Assembly: GCA_963792905.1 (NCBI GenBank)
Contig: CAWBYE010000025.1
Span: 8,637-72,636 of the forward strand
Source: an uncultured Acidimicrobiaceae bacterium
GTDB taxonomy: Bacteria > Actinomycetota > Acidimicrobiia > Acidimicrobiales > Ilumatobacteraceae
Direction: 5' to 3'
DNA length: 64,000 bases
Below the pieces are notes generated by a model. That model saw only the letters and a program-made list of their open reading frames with translations, ran no database searches and was not told the origin of the DNA. The position numbers and the translations under genes are program-made. Below, one piece after another: positions 48,707 to 58,028 of this stretch (its first letter is position 1; each line of letters begins with the position of its first letter).

Positions 48707-49330
48707 TCAGGCCTCTGCGATCGAATCGTCGAGGTGTGGTTCGCTCAACTCGCCGGCCAGATATCGGTCGATGGCGGGCGAGACGGCAACGACCAACTCG
48801 TCGATCGGAGCGTTCGCAATCGGTGGGAACGGAATCACGTGTCTGAGCAGCGCCAGTCCGGCGAGTTGCGCGCCGATGAGTCCAGCTCGCAGCTCGGCGT
48901 CGTCACCACCCACGCCCTCGATGAGTGGCTCGAGAACGGACGTCCGAAGCAGGGAGCTGACCCCGAGGGCTGCGCCCGGATCGGTGGCGGCCACCCGAAC
49001 GAGGGCGGTCAGCCGCTCCCGGATCTCCGGCTGCTCCCAGAGGTCGAGGACTCCTGCGAGGAGGGTGGTTCCTGAAATGCTGCCGTCTGTCGGGATCAGG
49101 TTGCGGACGGTGTCGTCGCTCACCGGGAACTCCAGCGCAGCGGTGAGCAGCTCCTGCTTGCTGGCGAAGAAGTGGTAGATCGTTGCTGGGTCGACGTCGG
49201 CGTTGTCGGCGATCGACCGGATCGTCGCCCCCTCGTATCCCTGCTCGGCGAACTCGCGACGTGCCGCCAGGACGATGGCGCTACGGCTCGAGTCGGGTCC
49301 CGGTCGGCGGCCGAGCGGCTTGGTCGTCAT
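48707..49330 (-). CDS. TetR/AcrR regulator
   Basis: FAEQGYEGATIRSIADNADVDPATIYHFFASK. Confidence 0.9.
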   Translation of the reverse strand: MTTKPLGRRPGPDSSRSAIVLAARREFAEQGYEGATIRSIADNADVDPATIYHFFASKQELLTAALEFPVSDDTVRNLIPTDGSISGTTLLAGVLDLWEQPEIRERLTALVRVAATDPGAALGVSSLLRTSVLEPLIEGVGGDDAELRAGLIGAQLAGLALLRHVIPFPPIANAPIDELVVAVSPAIDRYLAGELSEPHLDDSIAEA

Positions 49331-50208
49331 CGATTCGAGCTGACTGCGACCATCGCCTCGTCGAGGATCGCCGGAACCACGGTCAGTTCGGCATCGATGT
49401 CGGCCTGGCGGAGCGTGCGATCGACGTCCGAGACGTCGGCCGATGCGACCCGAATCCGACGACCGGCCAGCATCACATCGTGGCCGGCATCGCTGAGCGC
49501 TGCGAACGCTTCGGACCACGATGCCGCCGTGACTCGAACCACCGTCCGGTCGGCCACGATGTCGGCAACCGTGCCCTCGGCGGCGACCCGTCCGCCGGCC
49601 ATCAGGACGAGGCGGTCACACTGCTGCGCCTCCTCCATGTAGTGGGTGGTGACGAGAACGCCCACACCGCGCTGTGCTTCGGATCGGATCAGGTCCCACA
49701 ATCGCGCTCGGGCCAACGGGTCGACGCCGGATGTCGGCTCGTCCAACACGACGAGATCCGGACGGTGGCCGAGTGCGCAGGCAAACGCCAGTTGCCGTTG
49801 CCGTCCGAGCCCGATCGATCCGACGAGCCGATTGGTCATCGCCTCCAACTCCGCGTTGAGGACGATCCGATCGGAGGAGATTCCGAAAGCAGCGGCGTTG
49901 AACGACACATTTTCCGCGACGGTCAAGTCGAGGTACAGCCCCAGTCCCTGAGGGACGTAGCCCAGGCGGCGTCTCGACTCGCGCGACGGGGTGGCGGCGA
50001 ACATCGCCACCCGCCCCTCCGAGCAAGCGAGGAGGCCGAGCATCATGCGGATCAGCGTGGTCTTGCCCGCGCCGTTCGCGCCCAGCAGCCCGACGATCTC
50101 ACCTGGGCCCACGCTCAACGAGACCCGGTCGACGGCGGTGACGTCACCGAACCGACGTGAGACCCGGTCGGCGGCGAGCAGCGGGGCCGCTGGTGCGTCC
50201 GGTGTCAT
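49327..50208 (-). CDS. ABC transporter ATP-binding protein
   Basis: GANGAGKT, VVLDEPTSGVDP, TTHYMEEA; signature degenerate (IGLGRQRQ). Confidence 0.9.
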   Translation of the reverse strand: MTPDAPAAPLLAADRVSRRFGDVTAVDRVSLSVGPGEIVGLLGANGAGKTTLIRMMLGLLACSEGRVAMFAATPSRESRRRLGYVPQGLGLYLDLTVAENVSFNAAAFGISSDRIVLNAELEAMTNRLVGSIGLGRQRQLAFACALGHRPDLVVLDEPTSGVDPLARARLWDLIRSEAQRGVGVLVTTHYMEEAQQCDRLVLMAGGRVAAEGTVADIVADRTVVRVTAASWSEAFAALSDAGHDVMLAGRRIRVASADVSDVDRTLRQADIDAELTVVPAILDEAMVAVSSNR

Positions 50209-51059
50209 GCCGTCGTGACCCGATCGTCGGTGCTGCGTACGTCGAGGAGTCGGGCGATGACAGCATCCTCGAAGTCGAGATCCGGCGGCGAGAAGCGCGC
50301 ACTGTCGCTCGTCGACGGAGCGAATCGGTCGGGCGTTGGGTGCCACTGGCGAACCGAACGGCCTCGGCGCCACGAACGGGTCGGGTCCGACGGCCGGTCG
50401 GGCGCCGAGATGAAGCCAGGGGTCGAACTCATGACCTCGTCGCTGGTACCGGCCGCGATGACCCGGCCCCTGTCGAGCACGGTCACCGACGATGCTCGCT
50501 CCGCCTCGTCGAGGTACGTGGTTGCCATCGCGACGGCGGTCCCGTGCATCGCCGCCTCGGCGATCAGCCGCCACAGATCGACACGGCTCACCGGGTCGAC
50601 CCCCGTCGACGGCTCGTCGAGCACGAGCAGTTCGGGTTCGTGCAAGATCGCCAAGACGAACCCGAGCTTCTGGCGCATACCGCCCGAGAGATTGGCGGCC
50701 AAACGGTCGGACGCTTCGGTCAGGCCCGCCCGCTCGACCAGCTCGGCGCTCCGACGGTCCCGATCGGGCCGCGACATCCCGAACGCCTTCGCCACGAACG
50801 CCAAGTTCTCCTCGACCGTCAACTCTCGCCACGTCCCGGACGTCGACGGCATGTAGCCGATCTTGTGGCTGGGAGGCCGTCGTACCTCGCCCGCCGTCGG
50901 CCGGTACCGACCGACCAGGCATCTCAGCAGTGTCGTCTTGCCGGCGCCGTCGCCACCGACGACGGCGACCACCGAGCCCGAGGGAACGTCCAGATCGACG
51001 CCACGAAGGGCTTCGATGCGGCCGAACCGCTGATGGAGAGCACCGACACCGAAGGTCAC
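50205..51059 (-). CDS. ABC transporter ATP-binding protein
   Basis: GGDGAGKT, LSGGMRQK, LDEPSTGVDP. Confidence 0.9.
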   Translation of the reverse strand: MTFGVGALHQRFGRIEALRGVDLDVPSGSVVAVVGGDGAGKTTLLRCLVGRYRPTAGEVRRPPSHKIGYMPSTSGTWRELTVEENLAFVAKAFGMSRPDRDRRSAELVERAGLTEASDRLAANLSGGMRQKLGFVLAILHEPELLVLDEPSTGVDPVSRVDLWRLIAEAAMHGTAVAMATTYLDEAERASSVTVLDRGRVIAAGTSDEVMSSTPGFISAPDRPSDPTRSWRRGRSVRQWHPTPDRFAPSTSDSARFSPPDLDFEDAVIARLLDVRSTDDRVTTA

Positions 51060-52106
51060 CGACTCGCCTCCAACCCATCGGCGGCGTGAGACGGCAGCTT
51101 GGGCGCCAGATCGCGACGGAACCTGAGCACCGCGCCGCCGAGCACGACCACCGCCATCACGACGAGCACGACGTACGAGGGCCAGAGCGAGCTCAGGCCC
51201 GCGCCGCGCAGCATGATCCCCGACGAGATGTTGATGAAGTAGGTCAGCGGGAGCAGATAGCCGATCCAGCGCACCCCCCACGGCATGGCCTCCAGAGGGA
51301 AGATCATGCCCGACAGCAGGATCTGGGGCATCACGAAGAACATCGCGGTCTGAATCGCCTGGCCCTGCGTTTGCGAGACCGTCGAGATCATCACCCCGAG
51401 CCCGAGCACGACGAGCAAGAAGACAGCGGCGCCGAGGCCGAAGAGCGCCACCGAACCCTGGAACGGCACCCCGAACAGCAGCGCGCCCAGAGCGGTCACC
51501 GCGACCATGTCGAGATACGCCAGCGCGAAGTAGGGCGCGATCTTGCCGACGATCACGTCACTCGGACGAAACGGCATCACCGCGAGTTGCTCGAGCGTGC
51601 CGTCTTGGCGTTCGCGGACGAGACCGAGACTGGTCACGATCGTGCCGATGAATGCCAGGATCAGTCCGATCAATCCCGGCACCATCACCCACGACGTCTT
51701 CAGGTCCGGGTTGAACAACACCTCGGTCTGCAGCGCATCGCCGGCACGGTTCGCCGCCGCGACCGTCGCCTGAGCGGTGAACAACGACGATCCGTCGACG
51801 AGGAGGAGCGGACCGTCGGCCTCGCCGGTGACCACCGCCGCGTCCGCTCTGCTGTCGCGGCAGTTCGGCGGTCGCGGACTCTCGGTCGCCGCCCGGATCG
51901 AGCTCGGTGACATCGAACAGCTCGGGGAGTTGCGCTGCTGCGGGGTCGGCAGCAGGGCCGACGACCACGGTCGAGACGGTGTCGACACCGAAGTTCGCGG
52001 CGTAGCCGAAGATCACCAACAAGACCAACGGCAGTGCGATCAGCATCCCCATCGTTCGTCGATCCCGGCGCAACTCGCGGAACTCCTTGACGATCATCGC
52101 GAGCAC
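51056..52106 (-). CDS. ABC-2 type permease (frameshift near 51860)
   Basis: KEFRELRRD..., FNPDL.T...MVPG, RERQDGTLEQL, LLSGMIFP, PLTYF. Confidence 0.85.
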
Positions 52107-52137
52107 GGTGAGGCACGGTACCGCACACCTCGGGCAG

Positions 52138-52157
52138 AATCCAACGCACGTTGGTTT
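52138..52157. promoter_or_regulatory. Putative TetR operator upstream of the ABC operon
   Basis: AAT-CCAACG-CA-CGTTGG-TTT inverted repeat about 30 bp upstream of the permease. Confidence 0.5.
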
Positions 52158-52591
52158 CAAGCTCGACACATGCCGGCCGACCCTCGGTTCGCCTCGATGA
52201 CGCCGTTGGCCGTGGCGGTGTGCGCCGGTCAGCGGCCTTCGCGATGGTGGAACGTCGCGATCGGCGGTCGGCCGTGCGGGTCGTCGCACGTGTTCGACGC
52301 GCCCGTGCCGGCCAGGCCGGCGCACGCGAGTCGTCGGTGCATCGAGCGTGTTCAGGACGGCCCGCCGGTCGCTTGGGTATACCGCAGACATCCATGCCTC
52401 CGCTCGCGATCCACCTGGCGATTGCAGCGTCCTCGGACAGCGCGGGAACCCGTCCCGTCGGGCAGCCCACGGTTCGTTCTCTCGCCGGCAAGCGTCAGCA
52501 GCATCACCAGTGGTTCGGAGGATCCGGCAGCGTTCGGGGATGGCGTACCGGGCGAATCACCGCACACGCTGACAGCGAGCAGACTGGCCTG

Positions 52592-53794
52592 GTGACCATC
52601 TCACGACGACCGACCACCAGGGCCGCTGTGGCAGTTCTCGCAATCGCGCTCGTGGCGGCATCCTGCTCGGGTGATGACGACGATGCCGTCGTCGACGATC
52701 CGACGCCGCCACCAACCGCCACGGCCGAGGTCGCGGGACAGGGGCCGGCGGCTACCGGCGGGGCCGAGGTCGCGGGGCAGGGGCCGGCGGCGGCCGCCAC
52801 GCCGGTTTCCTCGACACCGACCCCAGCGCCTGAGGCGACGGTCGGCCGGGATCCCACGCAGAGCCCCAGCCCCGAGCTGCAGCCGATCCCCGCCGAACGA
52901 CTGGAGATCGTGTCGTTCCCGGTGCCGGCCGGGTCGCGGCCGCACGATGTCGCCCCGGCCCTCGACGGCGGCGTCTGGTACACCGCCCAGCGCGCCGAGG
53001 CCTTGGGCTACCTCGACCCGGAGACCGGCGACACCCGCCACATCCCCCTGGGCGCCGGCAGCGCACCCCACGGTGTGATCGTCGACGCCGACGGCGTGGC
53101 CTGGGTCACCGACGGCGGCTTGAACGCGATCGTCAGCGTCGACCCTGCCGACGACGAGGTCACCGTCTACCCGCTGCCCGCGGGATCGCCGAACGCCAAC
53201 CTGAACACCGCCGCCTTCGATGACACTGGCATCCTCTGGTTCACCGGCCAGAACGGCATCTACGGCCGCCTCGACCCCCCAGTCGGTGAGGTCGAGGTCT
53301 TCGATGCCCCACGTGGCCGTGGCCCCTACGGGATCGCGGCCACCCCCGACGGTGACGTCTACTTCGCCTCGCTCGCCGGCAGCTACGTCGGGGCCGTCTC
53401 ACCCGACGGTGGCGTCGTCGAGCTCGACCCACCGACCGCCGGCCAAGGTGCCCGCCGCGTCTGGTCGGACTCCGCCGGCGCCATCTGGGTCAGCGAGTGG
53501 AACAGCGGTCAGCTCAGCCGCTACATCCCCGAGACCGGCGAGTGGACCGAGTGGCCGCTTCCGGGTCCCGACCCCTCCACCTACGCGGTCTACGTCGACG
53601 AACTCGACCAGGTCTGGGTGAGCGACTTCGACGGCAACGCCCTCCATCGCTTCGACCCCACCACCGAGACCTTCGACACGTTCCCCCTCCCCGCCCAACC
53701 CAGCGACGTCCGCCAGATCCTGGGCCGTCCCGGCGAGATCTGGGGCGCCGAGTCCGCCAACGACTCCCTGGTCGTGATCCGCGCGACGCGGTGA
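52592..53794 (+). CDS. Virginiamycin B lyase (Vgb)-like beta-propeller lipoprotein
   Basis: Lipobox LVAASC, Pro/Ala linker, repeats PHDVA.A.DG.VWYT, PHGVI, PYGIA, ARRVWSD, GEIWGAES. Confidence 0.85.
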   Translation: MTISRRPTTRAAVAVLAIALVAASCSGDDDDAVVDDPTPPPTATAEVAGQGPAATGGAEVAGQGPAAAATPVSSTPTPAPEATVGRDPTQSPSPELQPIPAERLEIVSFPVPAGSRPHDVAPALDGGVWYTAQRAEALGYLDPETGDTRHIPLGAGSAPHGVIVDADGVAWVTDGGLNAIVSVDPADDEVTVYPLPAGSPNANLNTAAFDDTGILWFTGQNGIYGRLDPPVGEVEVFDAPRGRGPYGIAATPDGDVYFASLAGSYVGAVSPDGGVVELDPPTAGQGARRVWSDSAGAIWVSEWNSGQLSRYIPETGEWTEWPLPGPDPSTYAVYVDELDQVWVSDFDGNALHRFDPTTETFDTFPLPAQPSDVRQILGRPGEIWGAESANDSLVVIRATR

Positions 53795-53930
53795 GCACAC
53801 GACTGCCCGGTGTGCGGTGCGAGCGCCGGCGGGCCTGCGTGTCGTGCAGCACGAGGGTGCCCACGGGGTCGTCGACGGACATCGTCAGGTCGACGCCTCG
53901 CGCTTCGGTGGCCGGGGGCGAACCGTGTAC

Positions 53931-54536
53931 TCAGCTGCGGCCGAAGATCGCGACGAGGAATTCGGACTGGTCCGTGAGCGGGCGCAGATCCCACGTTCCG
54001 AAGCGCTGTTCCACGGCCAGGCCCGCAGCGTGCGCGTCGGTGAAGAACTCGTCGAACTCGTACCCACGCCCTGCACCGAAGCCGGTGACGACGCGGCCGC
54101 CTTCACGAAGATGGGCTCGTAGTCGCGCCAGGACCTGGCGACGTGTACCCGGCGCGAGAAACGTCATCACGTTGCCGGCGCAGACGATGAGGTCGAATCC
54201 CTCGGCAATACCGTGTGATGCGAGATCCAGTTCGGCCAGGTCGCCGACGAGCCACGTCGGCCCGGGGTGGTCGTCGAGCGCTGCGGCGATCAGCACCGGG
54301 TCGGCATCGACTCCGACGATCTCATGGCCGAGCCCGGCGAGGATTGCGCCAACACGGCCGGGGCCACATCCCGCGTCGAGAATCCGGCCGGCGCGAGGAG
54401 CCATCGCATCGATCAACCGTGCCTCGCCGGCCAGATCGTCGCCCGCAGCCGCCATCTTCCGAAATCGCTCGACGTACCACGCCGAGTGATCCGGATTCGC
54501 CTTGGTCAGTTCGACCCACCCGCTCGTTTCGACCAT
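53931..54536 (-). CDS. Class I SAM-dependent methyltransferase
   Basis: ILDAGCGPGR, VGVDAD, FDLIVCAGN. Confidence 0.88.
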   Translation of the reverse strand: MVETSGWVELTKANPDHSAWYVERFRKMAAAGDDLAGEARLIDAMAPRAGRILDAGCGPGRVGAILAGLGHEIVGVDADPVLIAAALDDHPGPTWLVGDLAELDLASHGIAEGFDLIVCAGNVMTFLAPGTRRQVLARLRAHLREGGRVVTGFGAGRGYEFDEFFTDAHAAGLAVEQRFGTWDLRPLTDQSEFLVAIFGRS

Positions 54537-54732
54537 CAGTCCTCCCCCGTCAGCATAGAGATCACCAGCGCGGAGGAACGCTTCGCTCGCTGTGCCGATT
54601 TGCGGGCCCGAGCAGCGAACACGGCATTCACGTGCGTCGGTGAGCGCTGCGCCGATCCTGTGGCGACTCAGTTGCGTTGCGACGGACGCACGGAGGTCGC
54701 CGACGGCAAGGAACTCGAAGCCGGGCCATCTC

Positions 54733-55620
54733 TCAGCCGGGACCGGTTGCCCAACCCCACACCCGCCCGGTCCAGGCCGGGTCGTTGGCCAGTTGCACCC
54801 GGTCGAGTTCCAAGATCGGGGCGACCAGCCTGCCCGACGACAGCAACCACGCGCCGTCGGAACGGACCAGATCATCGACGGTGATCAACTCATACGACAC
54901 CGACACACCCTCAGCGGCGGCACGTTCGAACACGACCGCCTGGGTGATCGAGGCAAGGATGCCCGTGCCGTCGATCGGCGTCGTCGCGAAACGATCACCG
55001 GTCCGCCACAACAACGACGCCCGGGGCCCCTCGAGAGCGAACCCGTCGGACGAGACGAACAAGGCATCGTCGGCGCCTCGACGCTTCGCCTCGCGCCCGG
55101 CTGCGACGTTGATCGCATACGACAGCGTCTTGATGCCTCCGAGCAGCCACGAGACCTCGGTGAACATGTCGGCGGCGTGACCGCGATCGAGTGTTGTCAC
55201 CGAGATGCCGGCGCGCCCCGCCAGCGCCGCCTCGTGGATCGGAGCGATCGTGAGCAGACCGGTCACAGGGTCGCCCGGCGCCTGCTCGCGGCCCCGAGTC
55301 AGCATGACCCGCAGCACAGCCTCGCCCGGCTGCGTCCAGGCCAGCGCCGCGTCGACCACCAGAGATCGCCATGCCTCGCCGTCGAAGGGGATGTCGAGCC
55401 CCGCTGCCGACCGAGCGAACCGAGCGAGGTGGGTCTCGAGGTGATCGATGAGCGAGATCCCGTCGGCGCCGGTGACGATCCGCGTTGCGTCGAAACAGCC
55501 ATCACCTCGCGTCAGCCCCAAGTCGTCGGCACACAACACCGGTCGATCGGGATCGTCGACGACTCCGACACCGAGCACCGCAACAAGCTGATGAACCTCT
55601 GATTCGGCTGTTTCCACCAC
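54733..55620 (-). CDS. Aminotransferase class IV (aminodeoxychorismate lyase-like)
   Basis: TRGDGCFDA, HLARF, IKTLSYA, EGPRASL, GILASIT; start approximate. Confidence 0.82.
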   Translation of the reverse strand: MVETAESEVHQLVAVLGVGVVDDPDRPVLCADDLGLTRGDGCFDATRIVTGADGISLIDHLETHLARFARSAAGLDIPFDGEAWRSLVVDAALAWTQPGEAVLRVMLTRGREQAPGDPVTGLLTIAPIHEAALAGRAGISVTTLDRGHAADMFTEVSWLLGGIKTLSYAINVAAGREAKRRGADDALFVSSDGFALEGPRASLLWRTGDRFATTPIDGTGILASITQAVVFERAAAEGVSVSYELITVDDLVRSDGAWLLSSGRLVAPILELDRVQLANDPAWTGRVWGWATGPG

Positions 55621-55789
55621 CCGGCGAATCGTACGTCTCAACGGCGACACCGCGCCCATCAACGGGCACGGCACCGAGCCGGGATCGTCGGAACACGATC
55701 GTGTCCCACCGGTGCCGGTGAGGCAGGCTCAGCACCGCCGCGCTACCACCAACGTGTCACGCAGGTACCGGAGTCAGTCCCCGGGTGAA

Positions 55790-55990
55790 GCATGGCGACC
55801 GGCAGGCCGGCCTGTCCGATTTCGGACACCCGATGGCAGAGAACGGTCGAAGCAATTCGACCCGTCGTCGCGACGCAGAGCACGTCGCGGACGTGATCGA
55901 GATCGATCGCCAACAGGGCACGTTCGTCGATCCGCGGCTCGGCAGGCTCACCGTCGAGGAGTGGTACTCGCAGTGGTGGTCACACCAGCG
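55790..55990 (+). pseudogene. Tyrosine integrase N-terminal (arm-binding) fragment
   Basis: RFRTPDGRERSKQF, then (frameshift) RRDAE...RQQGTFVDPRLGRLTVEEW..QW. Confidence 0.7.
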
Positions 55991-56247
55991 TCGCTGTCGT
56001 TCTCGATCGCTACGGACACCCGCTCCCGAACCACGACGACGAGTTGATGCAGGCACTCGAGATCCTTGGCAACACGCGCGACTGACCGCTCCACCCCGTG
56101 AGCGTGACTAGTGCGAGTGCTCCAACCGTGGAGCGTCGATCCAGCGATCAGCGACCTGTTGCACGTTGACCCGAGTCGCGTCCGGATCGTCGGCTTCACA
56201 CTGTGCATATCGTCTGGTTCGTGGCGTCCATTCGGTGGGTTCCGTTG

Positions 56248-56782
56248 ATGGACGTGTATCGCCGACGCGTCGTCGACGACGAACTCGACGAACTGCTCGC
56301 CGGCCTGTCCGCGGTATCGATCGAGGGTCCGAAGGCGGTCGGGAAGACCGAAACGGCGATGCAGCGGGCCCAGTCCGTGTTCCGCCTGGACGACGAGCCG
56401 ACGCTCCAGATCGCGAGTGCTGCGCCGCAGCGGCTCATCGAGGGCCCGACACCGATACTGATCGACGAGTGGCAACGCTTCCCCGCGTCGTGGGACATCA
56501 TCCGACGCGTGGTCGACGAGGCACCGAGCGTCTCACACCTGCGAACTCGAGCCGGCGAACAAGAGATCGACCTCATCGTCGAACGATGCGACGGCCGCGT
56601 GGTCGCTCTCGAAGTGAAGCTCTCGGCGACCGTGAGCGACCACGACACCCGACATCTTCACTGGCTCAAGGATCGGATCGGCGACGATCTGCTCGACGCG
56701 GCCGTGGTCACGACCGGCAGCGAGGCGTACCGGCGACCGGACGGCATCGGCGTGATCCCCCGCTGCGCTCCTTGCGGCCTGA
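56248..56782 (+). pseudogene. AAA-ATPase/DUF4143-type protein with a large in-frame internal deletion
   Basis: Walker A GPKAVGKT and Walker B LIDEWQ are joined directly to C-terminal EIDLIVE...ALEVK...GSEAYRRPDG; likely real end PAALLAA* one frame over. Confidence 0.75.
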
Positions 56783-56924
56783 TCAGCCTCGTCGGCCGGA
56801 GATCGTCGTCGATCTCTGGCCAGTCCGTTCCGCCTGCGCCAGCGTCTCAAACCCTCGAGGCACCGGTGCCGCCACGCCAGGTGTCGATCAACGCTTCGAC
56901 TTCTTCAGGAAGTTGCGGTAGCGG

Positions 56925-57182
56925 TCAGCTCACCCAGACTTGCGGTGGCCCGAGAACTCCGGCAGCCTGCATCTGTGCTCCTCGATCGGGGTCGCTCATC
57001 ATCGGCTCCACGATCGAAGGGTCTCCTTCGAAGACCATCCAGACGGAGTTTGGTTTGTCAGCGTCGCGGAGTACGGCGACATCCGCGGCGCCTGCTGCTT
57101 CGCGTCCGGGTTTGTCGGCGTCGAAGACCGGACGCCACGCGTCGTAATCGGCAACTTCGTGTTGGATGAATATGTGAGCCAT
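56925..57182 (-). CDS. Small dimeric alpha/beta-barrel (ABM/cyclase-like) protein
   Basis: 85 aa: HEVADYDAWRPVFD....REAAG....VLRD.DKPN.V. Confidence 0.75.
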   Translation of the reverse strand: MAHIFIQHEVADYDAWRPVFDADKPGREAAGAADVAVLRDADKPNSVWMVFEGDPSIVEPMMSDPDRGAQMQAAGVLGPPQVWVS

Positions 57183-57325
57183 CGAGACCTCCTGAAGCGC
57201 GGCGTCGTGAGCTACGGCGCCGACGGGATGCTAGACGACTCGCGTCCATGTCCGGTTTCGATCATGGGAGACGCCGGGGCAGGCGATCGGGTGACGGTTC
57301 GTTCACAGCGAAGAACTCTGCTCGA

Positions 57326-57424
57326 CGCGGCGTCTACCGCATCATCTACGAGATCGACAACGGCGAGCGGCTGGTGATCCTCTACCGCATCGAGCATCAC
57401 GCCACGGCCGACCGGCCCCGCTGA
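57326..57424 (+). pseudogene. RelE/ParE toxin C-terminal fragment
   Basis: RGVYRIIYEIDNGERLVILYRIEH...RPR*, matching the RelE GDYRIIYEID...V.V..IGHR pattern. Confidence 0.65.
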
Positions 57425-57626
57425 TCGCCATCCCCCACGCTCATCGCCAGCCGGAACGCACCAAGCCGATATCCGCGCTCGCTGGCCATGGCAGCCTGAC
57501 TCGGCATCCCGACGACGGGCGGTGAAGGCCAACCTGAGCGACACGGCAGCGTGGCCGGTTGCCTCGTCTCCAGGAAGAGGTCGACCGAGCGATCTCACCG
57601 TGTTCGGGCGAAGACGTGAAGCCGCT

Positions 57627-57746
57627 GTCCACGAGCCGTCCACGAACGGACATGCCCGTAGGGGACCGTGACGGACGCACCGACACGGGTAGGGCTCTGA
57701 GCAGGGACGATGTGGATTGGCGTGGACTGAGTCGGACGCCGTGGAC
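57627..57746. mobile_element. Arm-type-like repeats beside the att-like site
   Basis: GTCCACGA at 57627 and 57638 (11-bp period); inverted GTGGAC at 57722 and 57741. Confidence 0.5.
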
Positions 57747-57762
57747 TGTCAGAGGGAGTCCG

Positions 57763-57804
57763 GTAATCATGTGGTCGCGGGTTCGATTCCCGCACCCGGC
57801 TCCA
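57763..57804 (+). mobile_element. att-like duplication: 3' half of a tRNA (Thr-like)
   Basis: GTAA TCATG TGGTC GCGGG TTCGATT CCCGC ACCCGGC T CCA gives the anticodon-loop end, T-arm, acceptor 3' strand and CCA; no 5' half upstream. Confidence 0.8.
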
Positions 57805-58028
57805 ATGGAACCCCAGCGTAGGTTCAGATCCGCTCAGCCCGACGGAGTCTCGATCCGTGCAGCAATCACTTCGGAGCGCTTCCGCTCAAGGGGTTCGCGG
57901 TGTTCGTCGCTGGTCTCGTCGGGACAGTCGGCCCAGACCGGGGACCGACAGGTCCCCGGTCACTGAGCGGGCCTCAGAGGAGATTGCGCCCTGAAGCCCG
58001 TTTGCGACGACCAGAGCAACGGGATGGC

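Noticed and set aside
57763-57804. Functional tRNA gene
   Set aside because: No D-arm, 5' acceptor strand or 5' anticodon stem upstream.
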